In this document: in pieces, positions 52,400-64,000 of the stretch
Position numbering within the stretch: position 1 is the first letter of the stretch
Layout of the letters: every line of letters starts with the position of its first letter
Assembly: GCF_963921235.1 (NCBI RefSeq)
Contig: NC_086101.1
Span: forward strand, 558,001 to 622,000
Direction: 5' to 3'
Length of the DNA: 64,000 bases
Source of the DNA: Mobula hypostoma
Lineage: Eukaryota
The notes under the pieces: generated by a model
The model's input: the letters and a program-made list of their open reading frames with translations, nothing else
The model's database searches: none
What the model was told of the DNA's origin: nothing
Translations under genes and position numbers: made by a program

Positions 52400-53076
52400 T
52401 AATATTGCCACCTTAATGGTGGGGAGGAGAAGATGGCGGCACGACGCAGCGTGTGCGGCCGTTCCCAATGATATCGATTATGTGTAACTAGGGGGCCGTG
52501 CACAATCCGGATTTGATGGAGACAGCTGTGACAGGCACGGAGGAACACCTGAAGTAACTTCTGAAATGCCTGCTTCACTGCCACTGCTACTGTGCGATCG
52601 AGAATCTCCGGAGACGAAGGCCCTAAATCCTCGGCTTTGCCTATTGCTTGTTGCTGGGGCCAAGGTGGAAGCGCTCGGCAGAGTTAGTGCTCGGTGCTCA
52701 GTGTCGGAAGAGCTGGTCGGAGGCTCGGAGTTTTCGGATGGACTGGGAGTCAGACTGTGGTTGGATGCTTCCGGGATGCTGCATTGGCAAGTTGGCAGCG
52801 CTGGAGGTTTACCGCCTGCATGAGATGATGGGACTTTCGAGAAACTTTGAGATTTTTACTGTGCTATGGTCTGTTCTTTATCAAATTACGGTATTGTTTT
52901 GCACTGTTGTAACTATATTTTATAATTATGTGGTTTTTGTTAATTTTTAAGTCAGTTTGTCATGTGTTTCCGTGATATCATTCTGGAAAAACATCGTATC
53001 ATTTCTTAATGCATGCATTACTAAATGACAATAAAAGAGGACTGCATGTCCTCATAATCTAATCTAATCTAATCTA
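52400..53076 (+). mobile_element. Non-coding, non-autonomous retroelement (GC-rich head, Rex-like 3' end)
   Basis: AAGATGGCGGC at 52430, CpG-rich first 400 bp, AT-rich 3' half, GACAATAAA and (AATCT)4 tail; interrupts the host CR1; no recognisable ORF or tRNA boxes. Confidence 0.68.
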
Positions 53077-54044
53077 ACATGGAAACATAGAATGTAGAAA
53101 CTGGGTGTAGGAGTAGGCCATTCGGCCTTTCGAGCCTGCACCGCCGTTCATTATGATCATGGCTGATCATCCAACTCAGAACCCTGTACCAGCCTTCCCT
53201 CCATACCCCCTGATCTCTTTAGCCCCAAGGGCCATATCTAACTCCCTCTTAAATATAGCCAATGGACTGGCCTCAACTGTTTCCTGTGGCAGAGAATTCC
53301 ACAGATTCACCACTCTCTGTGTGAAGAAGTTTTTCCTAATCTCGGTCCTAAAAGGCTTCCCCTTTATCCTCAAACTCTGACCCCTCGTTCTGAACTTCCT
53401 CAACATCGGGAACAATTTTCCTGCATCTAGCCTGTCCAATCCCTTTAGGATTTTATACGTTTCAATAAGGTCCCCCCTCAATCTTCTAAATTCCAATGAA
53501 TATAAGCCTAGTCGATCCAGTCTTTCATCATATGAAAGTCCTGCCATCCCAGGAATCAATCTGGTGAACCTTCTTTGTACTCCCTCTATGGCAAGGATGT
53601 CTTTCCTCAGATTAGGGGTTCAAAACTGCACACAATACTCCAGGCGTGGTCTTACCAAGGCCTTGTACAACTGCAGTAGTACCTCCCTGCTCCTGTACTC
53701 GAATCCTCTTGCTATGAATGCCAGCATACCATTCGCCTTTTTCACCGCCTACTGTATCTGCATGCCCACTTTCAATGACTGGTGTATAATGACACCCAGG
53801 TCTCGTTCCACCTCCCCTTTTCCTAATCGGCCACCATTCAAATAATAATCTGTTTACCTGTTTTTGCCACCAAAATGGATAACCTCACATTTATCCATAT
53901 TAAATTGCATCTGCCATGAATTTGCTCACTCACCTAACCTATCCAAGTCACCCTGCATCCTCCTCACAGCTAACACTGCCGCCCAGCTTCGTGTCATCCG
54001 AAAACTTGGAGATGCTGCATTTAATTCCGACATCTAAGTCATTA
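53077..54044 (-). mobile_element. CR1 family C, 5'-truncated
   Basis: ORF 53176-53559; matches 8985-9947. Confidence 0.92.
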
Positions 54045-54375
54045 CTTCATACTTCACTTCCCTAACACTTTTGAATGTCCGGTATACTGCAAATATCTTC
54101 CACTGTGAAGACTGATGCAAAATACGCATTCTCTTCCTCTACCATGTCTGTCTCTCTCATTACAATATCTCCAGCATCATTTTCTATTGGTCCTATATCT
54201 ACCCTCAACTCTCTTTTACTTAAAAATACTTATAGTACCTTCTTTGACATTAGTCACCAGCTTCCTTTCATAATACATCTTTTCCTTCCCAACGACGTTC
54301 TTAGTTTCCTTCTGCAAGTTTTTAAAAGCTTCTCAATTCTCTATCTTCCCACTGGGTTTGGCTTCCTTGTATGCC

Positions 54376-55329
54376 ATATAACAATACAACCATAAACCAT
54401 ATAACAATTAACAAGCCATCTCGGCTCTCTAGTCCGTGCTGAACTCCTACTCTCACCGACCTGCACTTGATCCTTAACCCTCCATTCCTTTCCTGTCCAT
54501 ATATCTATCGAATTTAACTTTAAATGACAACATCGAACCTGCCTCAACCACTTCTGCTGGAAGCTCATTCCACACAGCCACCACTCTCTGAGTAAAGAAG
54601 TTTCCCCATATGTTACCCCTAAACTTTTGTCCTTTAACTCGTAACTCATGTCCTCCTGTTTGAATCTCCCCCACGCTCAATGGAAAACGCCTACCCACGT
54701 CAACTCTGTCAATCCCCCTCATAATTTTAAACGCCTCTATCAAGTCCCCTCTCAAACTTCTACGCTCCAAAGAATAGAGACCTAACTTGTTCAACCTTTC
54801 TCTGTAACTTAGGAGATGAAACCCAGGCAACATTTTAGTAAACAACCTCTGTACTCTCTCAATTTTATTGACATCTTTCCTATAATTCGGTGACCCGAAC
54901 TGTACACAATACTCCAAATTTGGCCTTACCAATGCCTTATACAATTTCAACATGACATCCCAACTCCTATACTCAATGCTCTGATTAATAAAGGCCAGCA
55001 TACCAAAAGCTTTCTTCACCACCCTATCCACATGAGATTCCACCTTCGGGAACTATGAACCATTATTCCTAGATCCCTCTGTTCTACAGCAGTCTTCAAT
55101 GCCCTACCATTTACCATGTATGTCCTATTTTGATTAGTCCGACCAAAATGTAGCACCTCACATTTTTCAGCATTAAACTGCATCTGCCATCTTTCAGCCC
55201 ACTCTTCTAACTGGCCTAAATCTATCTGCAAGCTTTGAAAACCCACTTCACTGTCCACAGCACCGCCTATCTTAGTGTCATCTGCATACTTACTAATCGA
55301 ATTTACCACCCCATCATCCAGATCATTAA
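54376..55329 (-). mobile_element. CR1 family E, 5'-truncated
   Basis: ORFs 55016-55309 (YADD) and 54474-55043; distinct 3' UTR with TTATATGG-type tail; TSD TATGCC (54370-54375, 55330-55335). Confidence 0.88.
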
Positions 55330-55415
55330 TATGCCCTCTCCTTTACTTTTAATTTGGCTCTGACTTCACTTGTCAGCCATTTTAGTGTCCATCTTTCATT
55401 CAAAAATTCCTTCTT

Positions 55416-56857
55416 GTTTTCTAAATCAATATATAGAGGGACCAACTAGAGGGGATGCAATATTGGATCTCCTGTTAGGAAACGAGTTAGGACAAGTGAT
55501 GGAAGTCTGTGTAGGGGAGGACTTTGGTTCCAGTGATCATAACACCATTAGATTCAACTTGATCATGGACAAGGATCTATCTGGTCCTAGGGTTGAGGTT
55601 CTGAACTGGAAGAAGACCAAATTTGAAGAAATGAGAAAGGATCTGAAAAGCGTGGATTGGGACAGGTTGTTCTCTGGCAGAGATGTGATCGGTAGGTGGG
55701 AAGCCTTAAAAGCAGAAATTTTGAGAGTGCAGAATTTGTATGTTCCTATCAGGATTAAAGGCAAAATGAATAGGAATAAGGAACCTTGGTTCTCAAGGGA
55801 TATTGCAACTCTGATAAAGAAGAAGAGGGAGTTGTATGACATGTATAGGAAACAGGGATTAAATAAGGTGCTTGAGGAGTATAAGAAATGCAAGAAAATA
55901 CTTAAGAAAGAATCAGGAGGGCTAAAAGAAGACATGAGGTTGCCTTGGCAGTCAAAGTGAAGGATAATCCAAAGAGCTTTTACAGGTATATTAAGAGCAA
56001 ACGGATTGTAAGGTATAAAATTGGTCCTCTTGAAGATCAGAGTGGTCGGCTATGTGCAGAACCAAAGGAAATGGGGGAGATCCTAAATAGCTTTTTGCGT
56101 CTGTATTTACTAAGGAAACTGGCATAAAGTCTATGCAATTAAAGGAAACAAGTTGTGAGATCATGGAAACTGTACAGATTGAAAAGGAGGAGGTGCTTAC
56201 TGTCTTGAGGAAAATTCAAGTGGATAAATCCCTGGCACCTGACAGGGTGTTCCCTTGGACTTTGAAGGAGACTAGTGTTGAAATTGCAGGGGCCCTGGCA
56301 GAAATATTTAAAATGTCGCTCTCTACAGATGAGGTGCCGGAGGATTGGAGAGTGGCTCATGTTGTCCCGTTGTTTAAAAAAGGATCGAAAGGTAATCCGG
56401 GAAATTATAGGCCGGTAAGTTTAACGTCGGTAGTAGGTAAGTTATTGGAGGGAGTACTAAGAGACAGAATCTACAAGCATTTGGATAGACAGGGACTTAT
56501 TAGGGAGAGTCAACATGGCTTTGTGCGTGGTAGGTCATGTTTGACCAATCTATTGTAATTTTTCGAGGAGGTTACCAGGAAAGTGGATGCAGGGAAGGAT
56601 GGGAGGTTAGTTAGGAAAATTCAGTCGCTAGGTATACATGGAGAGGTGGTAAATTGGATCAGACATTGGCTCAATGGAAGAAGCCAAAGAGTGGTAGTAG
56701 AGAATTGCTTCTCCAAGAGGAGGCCTGTGACTAGTGGTGTGCCACAGGGATCAGTGCTGGGTCCATTGTTATTTGTCTTCTATATCAGTGATCTGGATGG
56801 TAATGTGGTAAATTAGATCAGCAAATTTGCTGATGATACAAAGATTGGAGGTGTAGT
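55416..56857 (+). mobile_element. CR1 family B internal fragment
   Basis: Matches 25494-26982 with frameshifts and a short deletion at about 56597; both ends missing. Confidence 0.9.
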
Positions 56858-58490
56858 ATCTCCTTCTTGAAGAATGATGTGACATTTACAATTTTTGGGT
56901 CTTCAGGAACCATTCCAGAATTTAATGATTCTTGAACGATCGTTAGAAATATCTCCACAATCTCTTCAGCCACCTCTTTCAGAACACTGGGGTGTACACC
57001 ATGTGGTCCAGATGACTTATCCACTTTCAGTTTCCCAAAAACCTTCTCCCTAATGATGGGTACTTTACACACTTCATGACCCTTGACACCAGCAACTTCC
57101 ACCAGTCTGTTAGTATATTCCACAGTGAAGACTGATGCAAAATACTTATTGAATTCATCCATTATTTCCTTGTTCATCATTATTAACTCTCCAGCAACGT
57201 CATCCAGCGGTCTGATATCACCTCTCAGCTGTCTTTTACACTTTATGTATCTGAAAAAAACTTTGGTATCCTCCTGAATATTATTGGCTAGTTTACTTTC
57301 ATATTCCATCTTTACCTCTTTAACGATTTTTTAGTTGCCTTCATCGGTTGGTGTTTAAAAACTTCCCAACTCACTAATTTCCGCTCTATTATATACCCTC
57401 TCTTCGGCTTTTATGTTGAGTTTGACTTCTCTTGACAACCATGGCGATCAGAATACTTCTTCTTTGGTGTGTATATATCCTGTGCCTTCCCAATTGCTTC
57501 CAGAGATTCCACCCATTGCTGCTCTGCCATCCTCCCTGCCAGTGTTCATTTCCAATCAACTTTGGCCCTCTCCTCTCTCTTGCCTCTGTAATGCCCTTTA
57601 CACCACTGTAGTACTGATACATCGGACTTTAGCTTCTCCTTCTCAAATTTCAGGATGCATTCGATCACTTTACCCTAAGGGTTCTTTTACCTTAAGCTCT
57701 CTGATCAATTCCAGAGTTCATTGCAGATTACCCAATTCAGAATAGCTGATCCCGTGTGCTCAACCACAATAAGCCATTCCGTAGGCATTCTAGAAATTCC
57801 CCCTATTTGAAACTGCACCAACCTAATTTTCCCAACCTGCCTGCATATTGAAATCCCCCATGACTATTGTAACTTTGCCCTTTTGGCATGCATTTTCTTT
57901 TTCCCATTGGAACTTTTGGACCACATCCTTACTACTATTTGGTGGTCTGTACATATCTCCCATTATGGTCTTTTTATCCTTGCAGAGCCTTTGCTCTCTC
58001 CACATAGATTCAACACCTCTTGATCCATTGTCACCCATTTCTAATGATTCAATTTCAATTTTTTACCACCAGAGCCACGCCACCCTCTCTGCTTTCCTGC
58101 CTGTCCTTTCAGTGCAATGAGTATCCTTGGACATTCAGTTCCCAGCTATAATCTTATTTCAGCCACGATTCAGTGATCCCTGCCAATCTGTAACTGTGCT
58201 ACAAGTTCATCAGCCTTACTCTGTATACTGCACATATTCAAATATAACACCTTCAGTCTTGTATTCAACTTTCCCAATTCTGTCCACCTTTTACATTGGG
58301 AGTTCATCTTGTTGATGGCAATGTTGCCCTGTCATCAGCCTCTCCTCGTTAAGAATCTCACTACACATTGCCTCTATTTGTAAACCCATTACCTCATCTT
58401 CAGCACTGTCACTCCAGTTCCCGTCGCCCTGCGACAATTTAAACCCACCCGAACAACACAAAGATCATGTTGTTCCTCCAACGTGGGTTG
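56858..58490 (-). mobile_element. Old decayed CR1 (APE to pre-RT region)
   Basis: YRPPNSS...VMGDFN; FNKYFASVFT; KSSGPHGVHPSVLKE. Confidence 0.8.
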
Positions 58491-58554
58491 AAATTCACTA
58501 CAATGGTGAGATGTCAGAGCTCACTATGGAGACTAAAATGATTTAATCTGAAAT

Positions 58555-60712
<2,158 letters not shown>

Positions 60713-61032
60713 ACTTATTTAAATGTATTTGCCAGTGTGAGCTCGGTAGTGGCTCACAAGGGTGGGTGACTGAGTGAATCCTGTCCCACAGTCTGAGCAG
60801 GTGAAAAGTCTCTCCCCAGTGTGAACTGACTGCTGTACCGATACTGGTGAGATGATCGAGTGAATCCCTTCTCACAAGGGGAACAGGTGAACGGCTTCTG
60901 TTCAGTGTAAACTCACTGGAGTCACTGTATGCTGGATGACAGAGTAAATCCCTTACACAGTCGGAGCAGGTGAATGGTGCCTGCCCAGTGTGAACTCGCT
61001 GGTGAGTCAGCAGATCAGATGACCGAGTGATT
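60713..61032 (-). pseudogene. Decayed terminal ZNF fingers (about 3.5 units)
   Basis: [24 protein letters not shown]... with frameshifts; final unit (CACTACCGAGCTCACACTGG...TTTAAA) matches the ZNF-1 terminal finger. Confidence 0.82.
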
Positions 61033-61034
61033 CG

Positions 61035-61443
61035 CAGCAGACTGACAGAGACTGAGGATGAGAATTCAGTCTGGCAGAGACAGGGGATGATATCACCAGT
61101 CTGGCAGAGACTGAGTGTGAGAGCAAACCACTGGCACATTGATGGTCTCACCTCCAGTCTCTGACAGATGGATGGTCTCATCCCTGGGTCTCTCTCAGAC
61201 TGAAGGTCTCATTCCCAGTCTCTGCCAGTCTAAAGATCTCACTCCTAGTCACTCTCTGACTGAAAGTCTCAGACCAGGTCTCTCTCAGTCTGAAAGTCAC
61301 ATCCCCAGTCACTGCTGGACTAAAGGTCTCACACCCAGTCTCTCTTAAGGTCTCACACTCAGTGGCTCCTGGACTTATGTTCTCACACCCGGTCTCTCCC
61401 AGATTGAAGATCCTATCACCAGTCTCTCCCAGGTCTCATCCCT
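61035..61443. repeat. Approx. 30-bp minisatellite, in two orientations
   Basis: Consensus near GACTGAAGGTCTCACTCCCAGTCTCTGCCA; about 10 forward units (61130-61443), about 3 inverted units (61035-61122). Confidence 0.8.
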
Positions 61444-61624
61444 GCTGATTTTTCCATCATTTTCTGTTTTTATTTCACCATGATTGTCTGGGCCCAGGAC
61501 ATGTGGTAGGGTGGGTTCAGACAGCCAGTGCTGAACGATGGAGCTGAGTGGCTCAACAGGAGGACTGGAGAGCTCCAGCTACCAGCATGGGACGGTGGGA
61601 CAGAATGGCCTGGACCACAGCCTC

Positions 61625-62025
61625 ACCGATGTGATTCCAGTTCCAACTTAATCCCTCCCAGAGTGTCCCCATTTCTCCCAGGGATGGCCGATGTGATTCC
61701 AGTTCCCAGTGAATCCCACCCAGAGTGTTCCGATTTTTCCCATGGACGGCCGATGTGGAGAAGGTGATGGTTCCTACCCATGCACGGTCAATGGGGGAGT
61801 GTTCTCACAGGAGATGGTTGTGGATTCAGTCCATCCAGGTTCAGTGGGAGAGGTTTCTCACAGGGGAGGGTGGTGGATCCAGCACATCCACTGTCCGTGG
61901 GGGTTTCTCACTGGGGAGACGGGTCGTCTCACCACATCCATGGCACATGGGGGAGATGTCTCACAGGAGAGCGATGTGGGCCCAGACCATCCACGGCCGA
62001 TGTGGTGAGGTTTCTCAACAGTGGA
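61625..62025. repeat. Composite degenerate minisatellite (about 62-bp, then about 50-bp units)
   Basis: CCGATGTG recurs at about 61626, 61689, 61751 and 61998; TCTCAC(A/T)GG recurs at about 61803, 61856, 61906 and 61959. Confidence 0.65.
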
Positions 62026-62050
62026 TTAGTCAAATCTCGCAACTTATTTC

Positions 62051-62960
62051 AACGCACACAAATTTCTAGAGGAACTCAGCAGGCCTGGCAGCATCTATGG
62101 AAGAGTACCGTCGAGGTTTCAGCCCAAGACCCTTTGGCAGATCTAATGTATACATATATAAACCTATCCATGGTGGCTGGCGGGAGAATGGGTTGACAGC
62201 AGACGTGCGTGAACTGGAAGAGATGCAGTTGAGGGCAGTGTTGATGGTGGAGGAAAGGAAGCCCCTTTCTTTGAAGAAGGAGGACATCTCCTTCATTCTG
62301 GAATGAAAAGCCTCATTCTGACAGCAGATGTGGTAGAGACGAAGGAATTGAGAGAAGAGGATTGTATTTTTACAAGTAACAGAGTGGGAAAAGGTTTAGT
62401 CCAGGTAGCTGTGAGTCAGTGGATTTGTAATGGACATCAGTGGATAAGCTGTCTCTAGAGACAGAGACAGAGACAGAGACAGAGAGATTGAGAAAGGGGA
62501 AGGATGTGTCAGAAATGGACCAGGTAAATTTAAGAGTAGGATGGAAGTTGGAGGCAAAGTTGATGAAATGGACTAGTTCGGCATTTGTACAGGGATTAGC
62601 ACAAATATAGTCATCAATGTAGCATAGGAAAAGTGGGAAGGTGACATCAATTTAGGCTTGGAACATAGTTCCACATAGCTGACAAACAGGCAGGCATAGC
62701 TGGGACCCATGTGAGTACCCTTGGACACACCTCTTGTTTGAAGGAAGTGGGGGGAGCCAAGGAGTAAATATTGACAGTGAGGACTAGTTCCACGAGATGG
62801 AGGAAAGTGGTGGTGGAGGGTAACTTGTGTCTAGAAAGAAATGGAGCTTTGAGGCCTTCTTGTTGGGGTATGGAGTTGTATAGGGACTAGACATCGATGG
62901 TGAAAATAAGATGGTCGGGGCCAGAGAACTTGAAATTATTGAAAAGATTGCATCTTTCCT
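62051..62960 (-). mobile_element. Old Penelope-like element (RT fragment plus pLTR with decayed hammerhead)
   Basis: EMSSFFKERGF, GTHMGPSYACLFV, YIDD on the minus strand; 62051-62140 homologous to the pLTR at 42916-43008; endonuclease region deleted. Confidence 0.82.
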
Positions 62961-63886
62961 TTTCCACCAGCGTGAACTCGCTGGTGTGTCTGTAGATTGG
63001 ATGATCGAGTGAATTTCTTTCCACAATCCAAGCAAGTGAATGGCCTTTCCCCAGTGTGAACTCGCTGGTGTACCAGTAGGTCAGATGATTGAGTGAATCC
63101 CTTCCCACATACAAAACAGGTGAATGGCCTCTGTTCAGTGTGAACTCGCTGATGTACCTTCAGATTAGATGACCGAGTAAAACCCTTGCCGCAGTCTGAG
63201 CAGGTGAATGGCCTCTCCCCAGTGTGAATTCGCTGATGGACCTTCATTTCAGATGACCGAGTGAATCTCTTCCCACAGTCTGAGCAGGTAAATGGCCTCT
63301 CCGCAGTGTGAACTGACTGGTGTGCCACTAGGTTAGATGACCGAGTGAATCCCTTCCCACAGTCTGAGCAGGTGAATGGCCTCTCCCCAGTGTGAACTGA
63401 CTTGTGTGTCAGTAGGTCAGATGACCGAATGAACCCCTTCCCACAATCAGAGCAGATGAACGGTGTTTCCCCAGTGTGAACTCGCTCGTGTACCAGTAGG
63501 TCAGATGACCGAGTAAACCCCTTCCCACAGTCTGAGCAAGTGAACGGCCTCTCCCCAGTGTGAACTCGCAGATGTACCTTGAGTTTAGATGAGTGAGTAA
63601 ACCCCTTCCCACAGTCTGTGCAGGTGAATGGCCTCTCTCCAATATGAACTGCCTGGTGTGTCAGTAGTTCAGATGACCGAGTGAATCCCTTCCCACAGTG
63701 TGAGCAGGTGAATGGGCATTCACCAGTGTGAACTGACTGGTGTTTCAGCAGGTTAGATGACCGAGTGAATCCCTTCCCACAGACTGAGCAGGTGAACGGC
63801 CTCTTCCCAGTGTGAGCTTGCTGGTGTCTCCGTAGGTTGGATGACCGAGTGAATCCCTTCCCACATTCTGAGCAGGTGAACAGCAT
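62936..63886 (-). CDS. Tandem C2H2 zinc-finger protein, 11 fingers (ZNF-3)
   Basis: Open array; first ATG at 63886 (MLFTCSEC...); last residues and stop come from the Penelope junction; upstream region runs off the window. Confidence 0.75.
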   Translation of the reverse strand: MLFTCSECGKGFTRSSNLRRHQQAHTGKRPFTCSVCGKGFTRSSNLLKHQSVHTGECPFTCSHCGKGFTRSSELLTHQAVHIGERPFTCTDCGKGFTHSSKLKVHLRVHTGERPFTCSDCGKGFTRSSDLLVHERVHTGETPFICSDCGKGFIRSSDLLTHKSVHTGERPFTCSDCGKGFTRSSNLVAHQSVHTAERPFTCSDCGKRFTRSSEMKVHQRIHTGERPFTCSDCGKGFTRSSNLKVHQRVHTEQRPFTCFVCGKGFTQSSDLLVHQRVHTGERPFTCLDCGKKFTRSSNLQTHQRVHAGGKGKMQSFQ

Positions 63887-64000
63887 CTCCCAGTGTGAAT
63901 TCACTGGTGTGTTCGCAGCTGGGATGAGATGAATGAGTCACTTCCACAGTTCTGCATCACTCCTCTGTCAATTCATCAAATCAGATGTCAGACATAGTGA

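Larger units (their letters stand above)
49449..55416 (-). mobile_element. Older CR1 (D-related) host copy: 49449-50121, 51890-52399, 54048-54375, 55330-55416
   Basis: Degenerate ORF2 peptides are collinear once inserts are removed; repeated junction words TAATTCCA, CAT and TATGCC. Confidence 0.8.

Noticed and set aside
61130..61443. CRISPR-like array
   Set aside because: Units are contiguous and degenerate with no unique spacers, there are no cas genes, and the context is vertebrate.

Overview
Eukaryotic, vertebrate DNA. The CR1/HER1-like LINEs, V-SINE, Penelope elements and zinc-finger style suggest a cartilaginous fish such as a ray (inference, not proven). The window is a tandem C2H2 zinc-finger (ZNF) gene cluster. 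It holds three open ZNF-only ORFs: 2922-4106 (+, 14 fingers), 46095-47300 (+, 14 open fingers of a 26-unit array) and 62936-63886 (-, 11 fingers). It also holds ZNF pseudogene fragments and a CpG/NRF1-type promoter with a splice donor at about 23.7 kb. By eye, over 80% of the window is deeply nested transposable element sequence: at least five CR1 families (local labels A-E, two near full-length copies), four Rex1/Babar-like families (a-d), an L1/Tx1-like LINE, Penelope-like elements carrying minimal hammerhead-ribozyme motifs, a hAT transposon with intact TIRs and 8-bp TSD, LTR-like segments and a V-SINE. The most notable observations are: (1) a 220-bp Penelope-derived perfect hairpin centred on the hammerhead core, inserted in frame into L1 ORF1 with a 14-bp TSD; (2) effector-less ZNF genes whose start codons all come from a mutated TGEKP linker; (3) head-to-head composites of two different LINE families. 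Family names are pattern-based; no database search was possible.
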